In this document: positions 1 through 9,500 of the stretch, piece after piece
How the letters are laid out: every line of letters starts with the position of its first letter
How positions within the stretch are numbered: position 1 is the first letter of the stretch
Source: an uncultured virus (IMG/VR IMGVR_UViG_3300030012_003600)
Lineage: Duplodnaviria > Heunggongvirae > Uroviricota > Caudoviricetes
Strand: one strand, 5' to 3'
IMG/VR virus record: IMGVR_UViG_3300030012_003600
Length of the DNA stretch: 64,000 nt
Translations under genes and position numbers: made by a program
Notes under the pieces: generated by a model
Seen by the model: the letters and a program-made list of their open reading frames with translations, nothing else
The model's database searches: none
What the model was told of the DNA's origin: nothing

Positions 1-2
1 TT

Positions 3-149
3 GAGACTGAGATTATGGCAGTCAACTCAGAATATGATCGCCAGAATGTTGATCTTTATGAGGAAATGTTTGGTGAGAAGAATACTTTGTGGGATCACCT
101 TGATCGCATGAATGATACTCCTATGGCAGAAGAAATCTACGGAGGTTGA
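3..149 (+). CDS. 3' end of hypothetical protein (truncated by window start)
   Basis: Open frame ETEIMAVNSEYDRQ...EEIYGG ending TGA 147-149, abutting next ATG at 150. Confidence 0.6.
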   Translation, partial: ETEIMAVNSEYDRQNVDLYEEMFGEKNTLWDHLDRMNDTPMAEEIYGG

Positions 150-338
150 ATGAAAACAACAACTGCAACTTATTCAATTCAAGTTACACAACCTGGAGGA
201 CATTTATCATTTTTAAAGACAATGCCCACCAGACCAAAAACACAAAAGGGAATCAAATCACAGAACAGTAAGTTATGCAAATGGGTTGAAAAACAATATC
301 CTAAATTTACATCTTACGACATTTCTCTTCTAGACTAA
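150..338 (+). CDS. hypothetical protein, 62 aa (early-region small ORF)
   Basis: GGAGG ribosome-binding site at 141-145; tightly packed with neighbours. Confidence 0.7.
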   Translation: MKTTTATYSIQVTQPGGHLSFLKTMPTRPKTQKGIKSQNSKLCKWVEKQYPKFTSYDISLLD

Positions 339-339
339 A

Positions 340-684
340 ATGTTATTTGTCTCAGGTAAATCACCCTATCTAAATCTCACTTACCAAGTCTACGAGTTTT
401 TTACATCGAGATACGAGATTGCGAGCGACGTTGAAATTTTCCATACAAATCTACGAGATGAGAACGCCCTAGGATTTACTGAGGTTAATGGTGAAGAACA
501 GTTTGTGCAGGTTTGTAATACATTAGACGAGAAGGAGTTTGTAACAACATTGCTCCATGAACTTGTCCATGTTGTTCAGAATGAGAAAGGAATGATTGAC
601 GAGACTGAGAGAGAACAACAAGCATACAATATGGAGAAGAATCTTTACAACAACTATTGTGCCAGTCTGCAAGGTGTCCACTAG
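340..684 (+). CDS. small HExxH zinc metallopeptidase-like protein (SprT/ImmA-like)
   Basis: TLLHELVHVVQ zincin motif followed by a downstream Glu (EREQQA). Confidence 0.65.
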   Translation: MLFVSGKSPYLNLTYQVYEFFTSRYEIASDVEIFHTNLRDENALGFTEVNGEEQFVQVCNTLDEKEFVTTLLHELVHVVQNEKGMIDETEREQQAYNMEKNLYNNYCASLQGVH

Positions 685-715
685 TCGTCCCACGTCCCCC
701 TGATCCGTGTATATT
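659..715 (+). promoter_or_regulatory. putative early-type promoter: inverted-repeat box plus -10 TATATT
   Basis: GTGCCAGTctgcaaGGTGTCCAC at 659-681, TATATT at 710-715; same layout recurs at 56676 and 58975. Confidence 0.55.
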
Positions 716-762
716 AGATGCATGGGGGAGACAACCCCAATCACTTCACTAACTCACCACTC

Positions 763-1122
763 ATGCGTAAGATCGAATCACAAATGATTGCCGCAATTAA
801 GTCTGAAACTGATTGGAAATCAGGAAACACAAAGGTTGTAAACTTCTTCAATGATGGTGATAAGTGTGTTGTCTCTTCTGTCTTTCTTCATGGTAATAAG
901 ATAGCAGAAATCACTGATAATGATATGACTATCTTTGATGGTGGTTGGCAGAGTAATACTACTAAATCACGATTGAACGCACTATGTAATGAGTTCTGTG
1001 TTGCAGGTGAAGGAGTATTCCAGAAAGATTTTGCATGGTATGTGAGACTATTCACAGGTGCCATCAATGGCAAAAATGTATATACAATAAAAGAATTTAC
1101 TAATGGATTTGTCTTTGCATAA
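763..1122 (+). CDS. conserved cyanophage hypothetical protein (MRKIESQMIAAIK...)
   Basis: ORF track 718..1122; ATG 763 is more likely because 718 lies within the promoter. Confidence 0.7.
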   Translation: MRKIESQMIAAIKSETDWKSGNTKVVNFFNDGDKCVVSSVFLHGNKIAEITDNDMTIFDGGWQSNTTKSRLNALCNEFCVAGEGVFQKDFAWYVRLFTGAINGKNVYTIKEFTNGFVFA

Positions 1123-1135
1123 GTCTTAATTCATT

Positions 1136-1163
1136 TGACCTAAGTATGTCATTAAACTGCTTA
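1136..1163 (+). other. predicted compact H-type RNA pseudoknot
   Basis: S1 UGAC 1136-1139/GUCA 1148-1151; S2 UAAGUA 1141-1146/UGCUUA 1158-1163. Confidence 0.4.
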
Positions 1164-1190
1164 TCCTTACACACTAACTAACATTTAATC

Positions 1191-1283
1191 ATGTCTAAAG
1201 TTCAACTCTTTGATGCACTTGAATCAGCAGAAAATGGTAATGATATTCTACTCATTCTGGAGGCAATCGAAGCACTTTACTGA
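1191..1283 (+). CDS. 30-aa acidic peptide MSKVQLFDALESAENGNDILLILEAIEALY
   Basis: ATG 1191 to TGA 1283, followed by a terminator; below ORF-track cutoff. Confidence 0.55.
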   Translation: MSKVQLFDALESAENGNDILLILEAIEALY

Positions 1284-1311
1284 TAGACAGAGAAATAACT
1301 GAATAATACTG

Positions 1312-1338
1312 AAAAGGTGCTAAAAATGCACCTTTTTT
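1312..1338 (+). terminator. intrinsic terminator, possibly bidirectional
   Basis: AAAAGGTGC-taaaaat-GCACCTTTTTT hairpin with T-run on + and A-run upstream. Confidence 0.7.
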
Positions 1339-1523
1339 ACTGAAATATATAAAGATTAGTCTTTTTTTATATTAAAAAAGGTTTTTTAAATGTATTTGTG
1401 TTTTTTATAAAGAGTTACTTAGTAGAGTATCTGGAGGGTCTTCAGAGGTACTTTGTGGTGTATTTACTATGATTTTAATGTGTCTAGGAGTAGTGATCTA
1501 AGNNNNNNNNNNTCTTGGGCAGC

Positions 1524-1552
1524 AGTCTATCACGTTCTCGCAGAAATGTCAA
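1524..1552 (-). promoter_or_regulatory. leftward sigma70-type promoter
   Basis: Minus strand TTGACA (1552-1547), 17 nt, TAGACT (1529-1524). Confidence 0.55.
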
Positions 1553-1627
1553 GGGGGCAGTCATAAGTTTTTCTGAGGATTGACATTCAAAAAATATCAG
1601 TCTTTCTGATAAATAACAGATGGAAGA

Positions 1628-1656
1628 TTGACAATATCTCTCAGTTATTCTATACT
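1628..1656 (+). promoter_or_regulatory. sigma70-type promoter
   Basis: TTGACA 1628-1633, 17 nt, TATACT 1651-1656, upstream of ATG 1684. Confidence 0.75.
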
Positions 1657-1683
1657 AATCAAGTCACACCAACGGAGTCAATC

Positions 1684-1843
1684 ATGTCAGTTGCCTATCA
1701 GCAAGCACAGAAGCAACGTTATAGAATTACGTTAGATCTTGAGGTGATGGAAGACTTCGACCCGCATCAGATTGACTGGGAGCAGTTGTTTGAACTCCAA
1801 GGATCTGAGAGGGTTATTGATAGTTACGTAGAGGATCTGAGTA
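1684..1843 (+). CDS. hypothetical protein; 3' end lost in N gap
   Basis: GGAG RBS, MSVAYQQAQKQRYRITLDLEV...; frame open until Ns at 1844, true stop unknown. Confidence 0.65.
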
Positions 1844-2072
1844 NNNNNNNNNNNNNNNNNNNNNNNNNNNNNNNNNNNNNNNNNNNNNNTGGGGGGGAGT
1901 AACACCGTGAACCACAGTGTTTATGCGGTTCGTTGTTATTGTTGCGTGCCGCGTTGCCCCGTATATAAAAACGACTAACTACCCTAACCTACAGAGGTGA
2001 CAGATCGACCTCGATATATAATGCGAAGTTTGATTTCATTAGAGGAAAAAAAATTTCCCGCAAAAAATTTTT

Positions 2073-2288
2073 ATGGATAAGGTTTATCACATTTACGCAA
2101 AGAAAGAATGTTTATATAACAATCTTACTGAGGAACAATTTAATAATACATGGAACACCCTCAAGGGGATGGTTGGTTTAATGCAAACTGATTATCAACT
2201 TGAGGATTTATCATATGAGGAATGTAATCGTCCCCTTGGAGTAGGTTCGGATAATACAACAGAACCTACTGGTGAAGATTCATATTGA
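2073..2288 (+). CDS. hypothetical protein, 71 aa
   Basis: ORF with normal phage codon usage. Confidence 0.65.
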   Translation: MDKVYHIYAKKECLYNNLTEEQFNNTWNTLKGMVGLMQTDYQLEDLSYEECNRPLGVGSDNTTEPTGEDSY

Positions 2289-2313
2289 CATTATACATAC
2301 CACATACTATAAT
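2285..2313 (+). promoter_or_regulatory. perfect-consensus sigma70 promoter
   Basis: TTGACA 2285-2290, 17 nt, TATAAT 2308-2313, upstream of ATG 2337. Confidence 0.85.
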
Positions 2314-2336
2314 TGAACTGAAGCAAATTCAAAGTT

Positions 2337-3104
2337 ATGGCAAAAGGATTTACTGTTAAGGCAAATGCCCCTACAAAGAAAAAAGAAGAGTGGGATATTG
2401 CAGCAATTAAAGAACGGATGAGAGGAAAGACAATTGTATTTTGTTTGCCCGGTAGAGGATGTTCTTTTACATTCTTGAAGAATTTTGTACAACTTTGTTT
2501 TGATATGGTACAGAATGGGATGAGTATTCAGATCAGTCAAGATTACTCTTCTATGGTCAACTTTGCACGTTGTAAGTGTTTAGGTGCAAATGTACTGCGA
2601 GGTCCTAAGCAAATTCCATGGGATGGCAAACTGAATTATGACTATCAACTGTGGATTGACTCAGACATTGTATTTGATACAAATAAGTTTTGGCAATTGT
2701 GTGACTTAGCAGTTGCAGAGGATGGTACAGAGAAAGAGATTACTGCTGGTTGGTATGCCACTGAAGATGGACACACAACATCTGTCGCACATTGGTTGGA
2801 AGAAGATGACTTCCGTAAGAATGGTGGAGTAATGAATCACGAAACTGTCGATTCTATTCAGAAACGACGTAAACCTTTTACTGTTGATTATACAGGATTT
2901 GGTTGGGTATTGATTAAGAAGGGAGTCTTTGAGAATTTGGAGTATCCTTGGTTTGCACCTAAGATGCAAGTCTTTGAGAGTGGAAATGTACAGGACATGT
3001 GTGGTGAGGATGTCTCATTCTGTCTTGATGCAAAGGAAGAAGGATTTGATATTTGGTGTGATCCTCGCATTCGTGTTGGACACGAAAAAACTCGTGTCAT
3101 TTGA
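2337..3104 (+). CDS. GT-A fold glycosyltransferase-like protein
   Basis: DxD motif (LWIDSDIVF), TGFGWVLIK, GEDVSFC and C-terminal VGHEK typical of GT2-like enzymes. Confidence 0.65.
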   Translation: MAKGFTVKANAPTKKKEEWDIAAIKERMRGKTIVFCLPGRGCSFTFLKNFVQLCFDMVQNGMSIQISQDYSSMVNFARCKCLGANVLRGPKQIPWDGKLNYDYQLWIDSDIVFDTNKFWQLCDLAVAEDGTEKEITAGWYATEDGHTTSVAHWLEEDDFRKNGGVMNHETVDSIQKRRKPFTVDYTGFGWVLIKKGVFENLEYPWFAPKMQVFESGNVQDMCGEDVSFCLDAKEEGFDIWCDPRIRVGHEKTRVI

Positions 3105-3170
3105 TTAATTGATTACAGGGGAGGTTAGAGTCCTTCCCACCTCGTGTCTCGTATTAAAGGAATTAAAGTT

Positions 3171-3305
3171 ATGGCAATGATGAAAGGTGGAACTTATGTA
3201 AAAAGTGCCCCAAAGAAAACTCGTCAAGGAAAATCACAAAATACGTTGATTTCTGCGACTTCTCGTAATGGAAAACAAAAACGTTATCGTGGGCAAGGTC
3301 GGTGA
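3171..3305 (+). CDS. 44-aa highly basic peptide
   Basis: MAMMKGGTYVKSAPKKTRQGKSQNTLISATSRNGKQKRYRGQGR; AAGGA upstream; not in ORF track. Confidence 0.65.
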   Translation: MAMMKGGTYVKSAPKKTRQGKSQNTLISATSRNGKQKRYRGQGR

Positions 3306-3334
3306 TTAAATAGATGTAGTTACATTAATACATA

Positions 3335-4024
3335 ATGGCTGCATTAATCTGTAACCTACCTTCGGTTGAAGTATGGGTAAGAAAAGAATATCTCACTGAT
3401 CATCAATCTGGTCATGGTGAATTTGTAAAAGGCGTTTGGGTATCGTGTAAGTCGATACCTGGACGCACTTTTTATTTTGAGACATATTTGCCAGAATATG
3501 CGGCAATGTATGACAAACTACCTATCAGTGCGTTTGTGTCTGCTCCAGAGGTTCCTAGCCCCGATATGGACCTTCCTAACCTACAGTTCTGGAATTGTAT
3601 GGATTATGGTGTAGTATCAATTACAAAGCAGTTTATTGGTAGTATGGACTATGAACTGTATACAAGGGACTTTGGTATACAGAAGGGCACTTATATCTGT
3701 ACGATAGATAATTATCACCAAGATCCTGAGGTAGTAGACTATGCGACTAGTGAAAACCCTGCAGAACACAAGTCACACAATCTTATTGAGTTAGAAAATG
3801 GTCAATATGCATTGTATCCTAATAATAGAATGCGTATCTATGATAATAGTTTGACACCTGTTGATCCAAAAATGCCTGATTTTAAGGTTTCAACTCAATA
3901 TTATCAGGTTGAAAATGGATTTGAACGTCTTGGTATGGGACGTGAAGATGAATACTTCTGGAAAACTGCAAAAGAAAGAGAAAATACTGAAAAAAACGAA
4001 AAAAACATTGAAGATAAGTCATAA
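3335..4024 (+). CDS. conserved phage hypothetical protein, 229 aa
   Basis: Long ORF immediately upstream of the baseplate genes. Confidence 0.75.
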   Translation: MAALICNLPSVEVWVRKEYLTDHQSGHGEFVKGVWVSCKSIPGRTFYFETYLPEYAAMYDKLPISAFVSAPEVPSPDMDLPNLQFWNCMDYGVVSITKQFIGSMDYELYTRDFGIQKGTYICTIDNYHQDPEVVDYATSENPAEHKSHNLIELENGQYALYPNNRMRIYDNSLTPVDPKMPDFKVSTQYYQVENGFERLGMGREDEYFWKTAKERENTEKNEKNIEDKS

Positions 4025-4027
4025 ATA
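4020..4027 (+). promoter_or_regulatory. T4-type late promoter (NATAAATA)
   Basis: CATAAATA 21 nt upstream of gp25 start. Confidence 0.6.
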
Positions 4028-4048
4028 CATTATAATTGCTGTATTTTT

Positions 4049-4450
4049 GTGCCTTTAGAACGGGTAAGTAGAGGTTTTAAAGACCTTAGCATGTCATTTC
4101 AAAATAATCCATTAACTAATGACTTGATTGCGCTCAAAAATGAGAATGCAATTGCCCGTTCTATACGAAATATAGTATTTACGGTGCCAGGAGAGAAATT
4201 TTTTAATGAAGATTTTGGATCTGAAGTGTCTCAACTCTTGTTTGAGAACGTAGATAATATTTCTGCACTCACTGTAAGAGATCAAATCAGACAATCTATC
4301 ACAAATTTTGAACCAAGGGTAGATTTGCGAACAGTTGATGTATCTGCTGACTTCGATAACAACAGTTTTGACGTGGTTATTATATACAATATCATAGGTG
4401 CGGATATTCCACCACAAGAATTACAATTCGTTTTGCAACAAACTAGGTAA
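4049..4450 (+). CDS. gp25: baseplate wedge subunit gp25
   Basis: FKDLSMSF..NPLTNDL, PGEKFFNEDFGS, ITNFEPRV motifs; GTG start; precedes gp6. Confidence 0.9.
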   Translation: MPLERVSRGFKDLSMSFQNNPLTNDLIALKNENAIARSIRNIVFTVPGEKFFNEDFGSEVSQLLFENVDNISALTVRDQIRQSITNFEPRVDLRTVDVSADFDNNSFDVVIIYNIIGADIPPQELQFVLQQTR

Positions 4451-4452
4451 AA

Positions 4453-6528
4453 ATGCCATTATCTAACTTTTCTAACCTTGATTTCAATCAGGTTAAGACA
4501 ACTCTTAGAGAATATCTCAAAGAAAACTCAGATTTTACTGATTATGACTTTGAAGGGTCGAATTTATCGACCATTCTTGATGTTTTGGCATACAATACCT
4601 ACATCACTTCATACAATGCTAACATGGTGGCAAATGAAGTATTCATTGATAGTGCCACATTAAGAGAAAATGTGGTTTCATTAGCAAGAAATATTGGATA
4701 TGTTCCAAGATCTAGAAAATCAGCAAGATCAACAATAAGTTTTTCTGTTAACACGTCAAATATATCACCTACACCTAGCACTTTAACCTTGAAAAAAGGA
4801 ATTGTTGCTACAACACAAGGTTCATTTGGAAATAGTTCCTTTACTTTCTGTATTTTAGACGATATTACAGTTTCTGTCGTTGAAAATACTGCATTTTTTG
4901 AAAATATTGTAATTTATGAGGGCACTTTCCTTACAAATACGTTTACATATAACTCAAGAGTTCCAAATCAGAAATTTATTATCAATAATATTGGTATAGA
5001 CACTGATTTAATCAATGTTACGGTTAGACCAAACGAAAATTCAACAAGATCTGTAAAATATTCTCTACAAGACAGTTTATTTGATGTTAAATCTGACTCA
5101 AAAGTCTATTATATCCAAGAATCTAATGACGAGAGATATGAAATAATTTTTGGAGACAATATTTTTGGTCAAAAGTTAGAAAATAACAACTTTATCACTG
5201 TAGATTATATTACATCAAGCGGAGATGCGGCAAATGGAATTTCTGAGTTCACTTTTGCAGGTAGAATCAACTATACAAGAAATGCACAAACATATAATGT
5301 AACCTCTGGCATATCATTGATTTCCACTGGTTTAATATCATCTGGTGGTGAAGAAATCGAAGGAGTAGAGTCAATCAAAAAATATGCTCCTAGAATATAT
5401 GCATCTCAAAATCGTGCATTAACTGCAAATGATTACGAAACTTTGATCCCCGCAAAAATTTACCCTGAAACCGAATCTATTTCAGTGTTTGGAGGTGAAG
5501 AGATTATTCCTCCACAATATGGTAAAGTATTCATTAGTATAAAACCAAGATTTGGTGATTTCTTACCTAACTCAATTAAAGATAATATCAAACTTAAGTT
5601 AAAAAAATATTCTGTTGCTGGAATTGTACCAGAAATCTTAGATCTTAAATATCTGTTTTTGGAAGTCAATTCAAAAATTTATTATAACACTAATTTAGCA
5701 CCATCTAGTGCTTTCGTATCTTCTATTTGTCAAAACAATGCAAATAAGTATGCTGAGTCAAGTGAATTAAATAAGTATGGTGCAAGATTTAAATATAGTA
5801 AGTTTTTAAAAATACTTGATAGTAGTCATGAATCTGTAACATCTAATATTACTACAGTTGCCATGAGAAGAGACTTGAGGGTTGTTTTCAATACATTTGC
5901 AGAATATCAAATTGGTTTTGGCAATCCATTCTATGTTAAAAGACAAAACGGATATAATATTAAAACAAGTTCCTTTAGAATTGCAGGTATTCAAGAACCC
6001 GTTTACATGTCAGACTTACCAAGTGGTGATGGTATAACTGGCATTCTGTTTTTCTTTACACTTCCATCCGTTTCATCTCAATCCCCAACAATTGTTAGAA
6101 GAAATGTTGGATTTATTAATTATTCAAATGGAATAATTACAATGAACCCAGTAAATATCTTAGAAGCAAAATTAAAAGATGGAAGACCTATCATAGAAAT
6201 TGAGGCAACTCCAACTTCAAATGATGTTGTAGGATTACAGGATCTTTATTTGCAACTAGATACTAGTAGTAGTGTATTTGATGTAATAGTTGATAATATT
6301 TCGTCGGGTCTTGATCCCTCGGCATCAAATTACAACGTTTCTTCAAGTTACCCTAATGGTAATTTAGTAAGATCAGGTGGACCTATTAGTAGACAAATTA
6401 ACACGACCTCCTCTACTACTACGGCAACATCAACTACTGCAACATCAACACCATCCAGCACTGTATCAACACCATCCAGCACTGTATCAACATCTGGAGC
6501 ATCTACATCAGGATCATCCTCTTACTAA
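4453..6528 (+). CDS. gp6: baseplate wedge subunit gp6
   Basis: FTDYDFEGSNLSTILDVLAYNT, SATLRENVVSLARNIGY, QNRALTANDY; S/T-rich C-terminal tail. Confidence 0.93.
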   Translation: MPLSNFSNLDFNQVKTTLREYLKENSDFTDYDFEGSNLSTILDVLAYNTYITSYNANMVANEVFIDSATLRENVVSLARNIGYVPRSRKSARSTISFSVNTSNISPTPSTLTLKKGIVATTQGSFGNSSFTFCILDDITVSVVENTAFFENIVIYEGTFLTNTFTYNSRVPNQKFIINNIGIDTDLINVTVRPNENSTRSVKYSLQDSLFDVKSDSKVYYIQESNDERYEIIFGDNIFGQKLENNNFITVDYITSSGDAANGISEFTFAGRINYTRNAQTYNVTSGISLISTGLISSGGEEIEGVESIKKYAPRIYASQNRALTANDYETLIPAKIYPETESISVFGGEEIIPPQYGKVFISIKPRFGDFLPNSIKDNIKLKLKKYSVAGIVPEILDLKYLFLEVNSKIYYNTNLAPSSAFVSSICQNNANKYAESSELNKYGARFKYSKFLKILDSSHESVTSNITTVAMRRDLRVVFNTFAEYQIGFGNPFYVKRQNGYNIKTSSFRIAGIQEPVYMSDLPSGDGITGILFFFTLPSVSSQSPTIVRRNVGFINYSNGIITMNPVNILEAKLKDGRPIIEIEATPTSNDVVGLQDLYLQLDTSSSVFDVIVDNISSGLDPSASNYNVSSSYPNGNLVRSGGPISRQINTTSSTTTATSTTATSTPSSTVSTPSSTVSTSGASTSGSSSY
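6445..6492 (+). repeat. 21-bp tandem repeat in gp6 tail (STPSSTV x2)
   Basis: TCAACACCATCCAGCACTGTA at 6445-6465 and 6466-6486 plus partial copy. Confidence 0.9.
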
Positions 6529-6542
6529 GAAGTTAACATAAA

Positions 6543-9500
6543 ATGTCAGAAAACAGAGTACAGTTTAATACAATCGTCTCTAATCAACTTCCCGCATACG
6601 TTAGGGAAGATTTTCCACTTGTTGAATCTTTCTTAGAGTCATATTATAGAGGACAAGAGTATCAAGGTGGTCCTATAGATTTAATTCAAAACATTGACAA
6701 ATATACTAAAGTTGATAACACAACAAATCTTTCTTCAGAAATCATTCTTGATGGCGATATTGATTTTGATGATACCACTATTAATGTTTCAACCTCAAAA
6801 TCTCCTACAGGAACAGATGGATTTCCTGATTCCTATGGATTAATTCAAATTGATGATGAAATTATAACCTATACCGGAAAAACAAATTTTTCCTTTACAG
6901 GTTGTATTAGAGGTTTTGCTGGTATTACGTCTTATAGAAGTGAAATATTTGCCGATGAAGTTGTATTTAATACGACTTCTGCGGAAGATCATGATTCTGG
7001 TGCTACAATTAAAAATTTATCTGTTCTTTTCCTAAAGGATTTTTTAGTAAAAACAAAACATCAAATTCTTCCTGGATTTGAGGAGAGAAGTCTTGATTCT
7101 GATTTGAATCAAAAACTATTTTTAAAACAATCAAAAGATTTTTATCTTACAAAAGGAACCGACAGATCTTTTGAAATTCTTTTCAAAGCACTTTATAATG
7201 AAAATGTAGAAGTAATTAAACCAAGAGAGAATTTAGTTACACCATCAAATGCTAATTTTAGCGTGTTAAATGAGATGGTGGTTGAACCTATTTCAGGAAA
7301 TCCACTTGAATTGGAAAATGCTACATTATATCAAGATCAATATGATGATATTATTGAAAAGGCGTACGCACCAATTTCGTCCGTCGAAAAAGTAGATGTT
7401 GGATTTGGTCAAACATTCTATAGATTAACATTTGATGGTGGATATAACAGAGACATTGGTGTTGATGGTTCTGCATATGGAGAATTTAAGGTTGAACCAA
7501 CCACTAAAATCATAGGACAGGTGTCTGCAGGAGCAACTGTTCTTGATGTTGACTCTACTGTTGGATTTAGTACGGATGGAGATTTATATGTTGTTTACTC
7601 AGATAAAACAAATGGAGTTCTTTCATACACTTCAAAATCATTAACACAATTTTTTGGTGTATCAAATGTAAGTAAAACTATCACTGATGCATCAACTGTT
7701 GGAGTTAATACTTTTGCTTATGCATCAACGTTTGATGGAGGCAATGTAAGAGTTAGAATCAACTCTGTAATTAATAAAATAAATGTGCCCTCGAATACAA
7801 AGGGACACAAAAAGGGAGAAATAATTAATATTACATCTCTGGGTATTTCTGAAAATAATAAAAAAACTAATAATTGGATTTATAACTTAGCACCTAATTA
7901 TAAAGTTAAAGATATTCAATTAATTGACTCTTCAAACTTTACCTATGAAATTACTCTCAATGTAGAAAATATATTTAATGGTGGAGATACTGCAACGTTA
8001 ATGGTGTCTGATGGTCGAAAACTGACTACAACAATAATTGACGTTAAAACAGAAAAATCATTTACAATTAGAGGTCAAGGTCAACTTAACACAAATTCTA
8101 CTTTTGAGATTCAACGAAATATTTCAAAAACAAAATCTAATTTCTTTCCATCAGCAAATATTTTCTCAACAGATATTCAAAACGTTTACAAAAGTGTAAA
8201 TGGTAATGATTATCTTGTCGCGTCACCCTCAATTCCATCATATAAAGGACAACCTCTTAATACAAACTCTAGAGAAATAAAATTTACTGGCATCTTTAAT
8301 GGCACAGAGTTTATCATCTCTCCAGGAAAAGATCATGGACTTTATACTGGAGATAAAGTTTATTATGCAGCAGAAAGAGTTTCTGAATCTTTCATTGATG
8401 AATTTGGTAACAGTGCTACCAGATTAGTAAGAGGGACTGGTCTTTTTGATGATGGAGAATATTTTATTGAAAGAGTAAACTCATTTACAGTAAGATTTGC
8501 AAAAAGTAAAAATAACATTTTTAACTCAAAATATGTAAATGTCGATACTGTAACAACAGTAAACAATAGTGTTGTTATACCATTTGAATTTTACTCAAAA
8601 AATTTAAAACCTCAAAATATCCTTAGAAAAATATCAGATCCATCAGATGATGGTTCAATAAATGAAACAAAACCTGGAACCACTGGTATACTTGTTAATG
8701 GTGTTGAAATTTTAAACTATAAGTCAAAGCAACAAATTAAATATGGTTCAATTGAATCGATAGAAGTTACTTCTCCAGGATCAGATTTAGACATTATAAA
8801 CCCTCCAGAACTTGTAATATCAGATAGTGTTGGAACTGGAGCAACTGGATATCTTGCAATAAATGGTTCTCTTCAAGAAATTTTAATTAAAAATTCTGGA
8901 TTTGATTACCTCAATACGCCAACAATTAAAATTGATGGTGGAAACGGTAATGGTGCAACAGCATCTGTAAATATGAAACTCATTGATCATGAGTCTGAAT
9001 TTTTTGCAGACAATGCCTCAGAACAAGTAATAATCGGAACTGCATCTACTCAATCTAGAATTGGGTTTTCTACATATCACAAATTTAAAAATGCTGAAGA
9101 AGTAATTTACAGAAGTAATAATCAGGAGGGCATTGCAGGTATCGTAACTAATGCACAATATTACGTATCTACAATTGATGATGTTACTGTTAGTTTACAT
9201 CCAACGCAAAATGATGCGATTTTAGGTATCAACACAGTATTCTTGACAAGTTTTGGAGTCGGTAAGCATTCATTAAAATCAACTAGTAAAAAATCAGTTA
9301 TAGACTCTATAAATGTAAATGATAGAGGATTAGGTTATCAAAACAAAAAAAGAACTGCATCTGCAACTTCTGGCGTAAGCACTGCAAGTAATACAATCAA
9401 TATAAGTAACCATGATTACAATTCAGGTGAGTTAGTAAGATATACTTGTGTTGGAACACCAATAAGTGGTCTTTCTGTTGATACAGATTATTATATTACA

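Noticed and set aside
1844..1902. ORF-track C-terminus GGE for ORF 1684
   Set aside because: Reads through 46 Ns, so the frame and stop are unverifiable
3118..3138. Weak hairpin after the glycosyltransferase-like gene
   Set aside because: Short stem with a G-U pair and no U-tract; not supportable as a terminator
6445..6492. Direct repeats as CRISPR-like array
   Set aside because: In-frame tandem coding repeat without spacers
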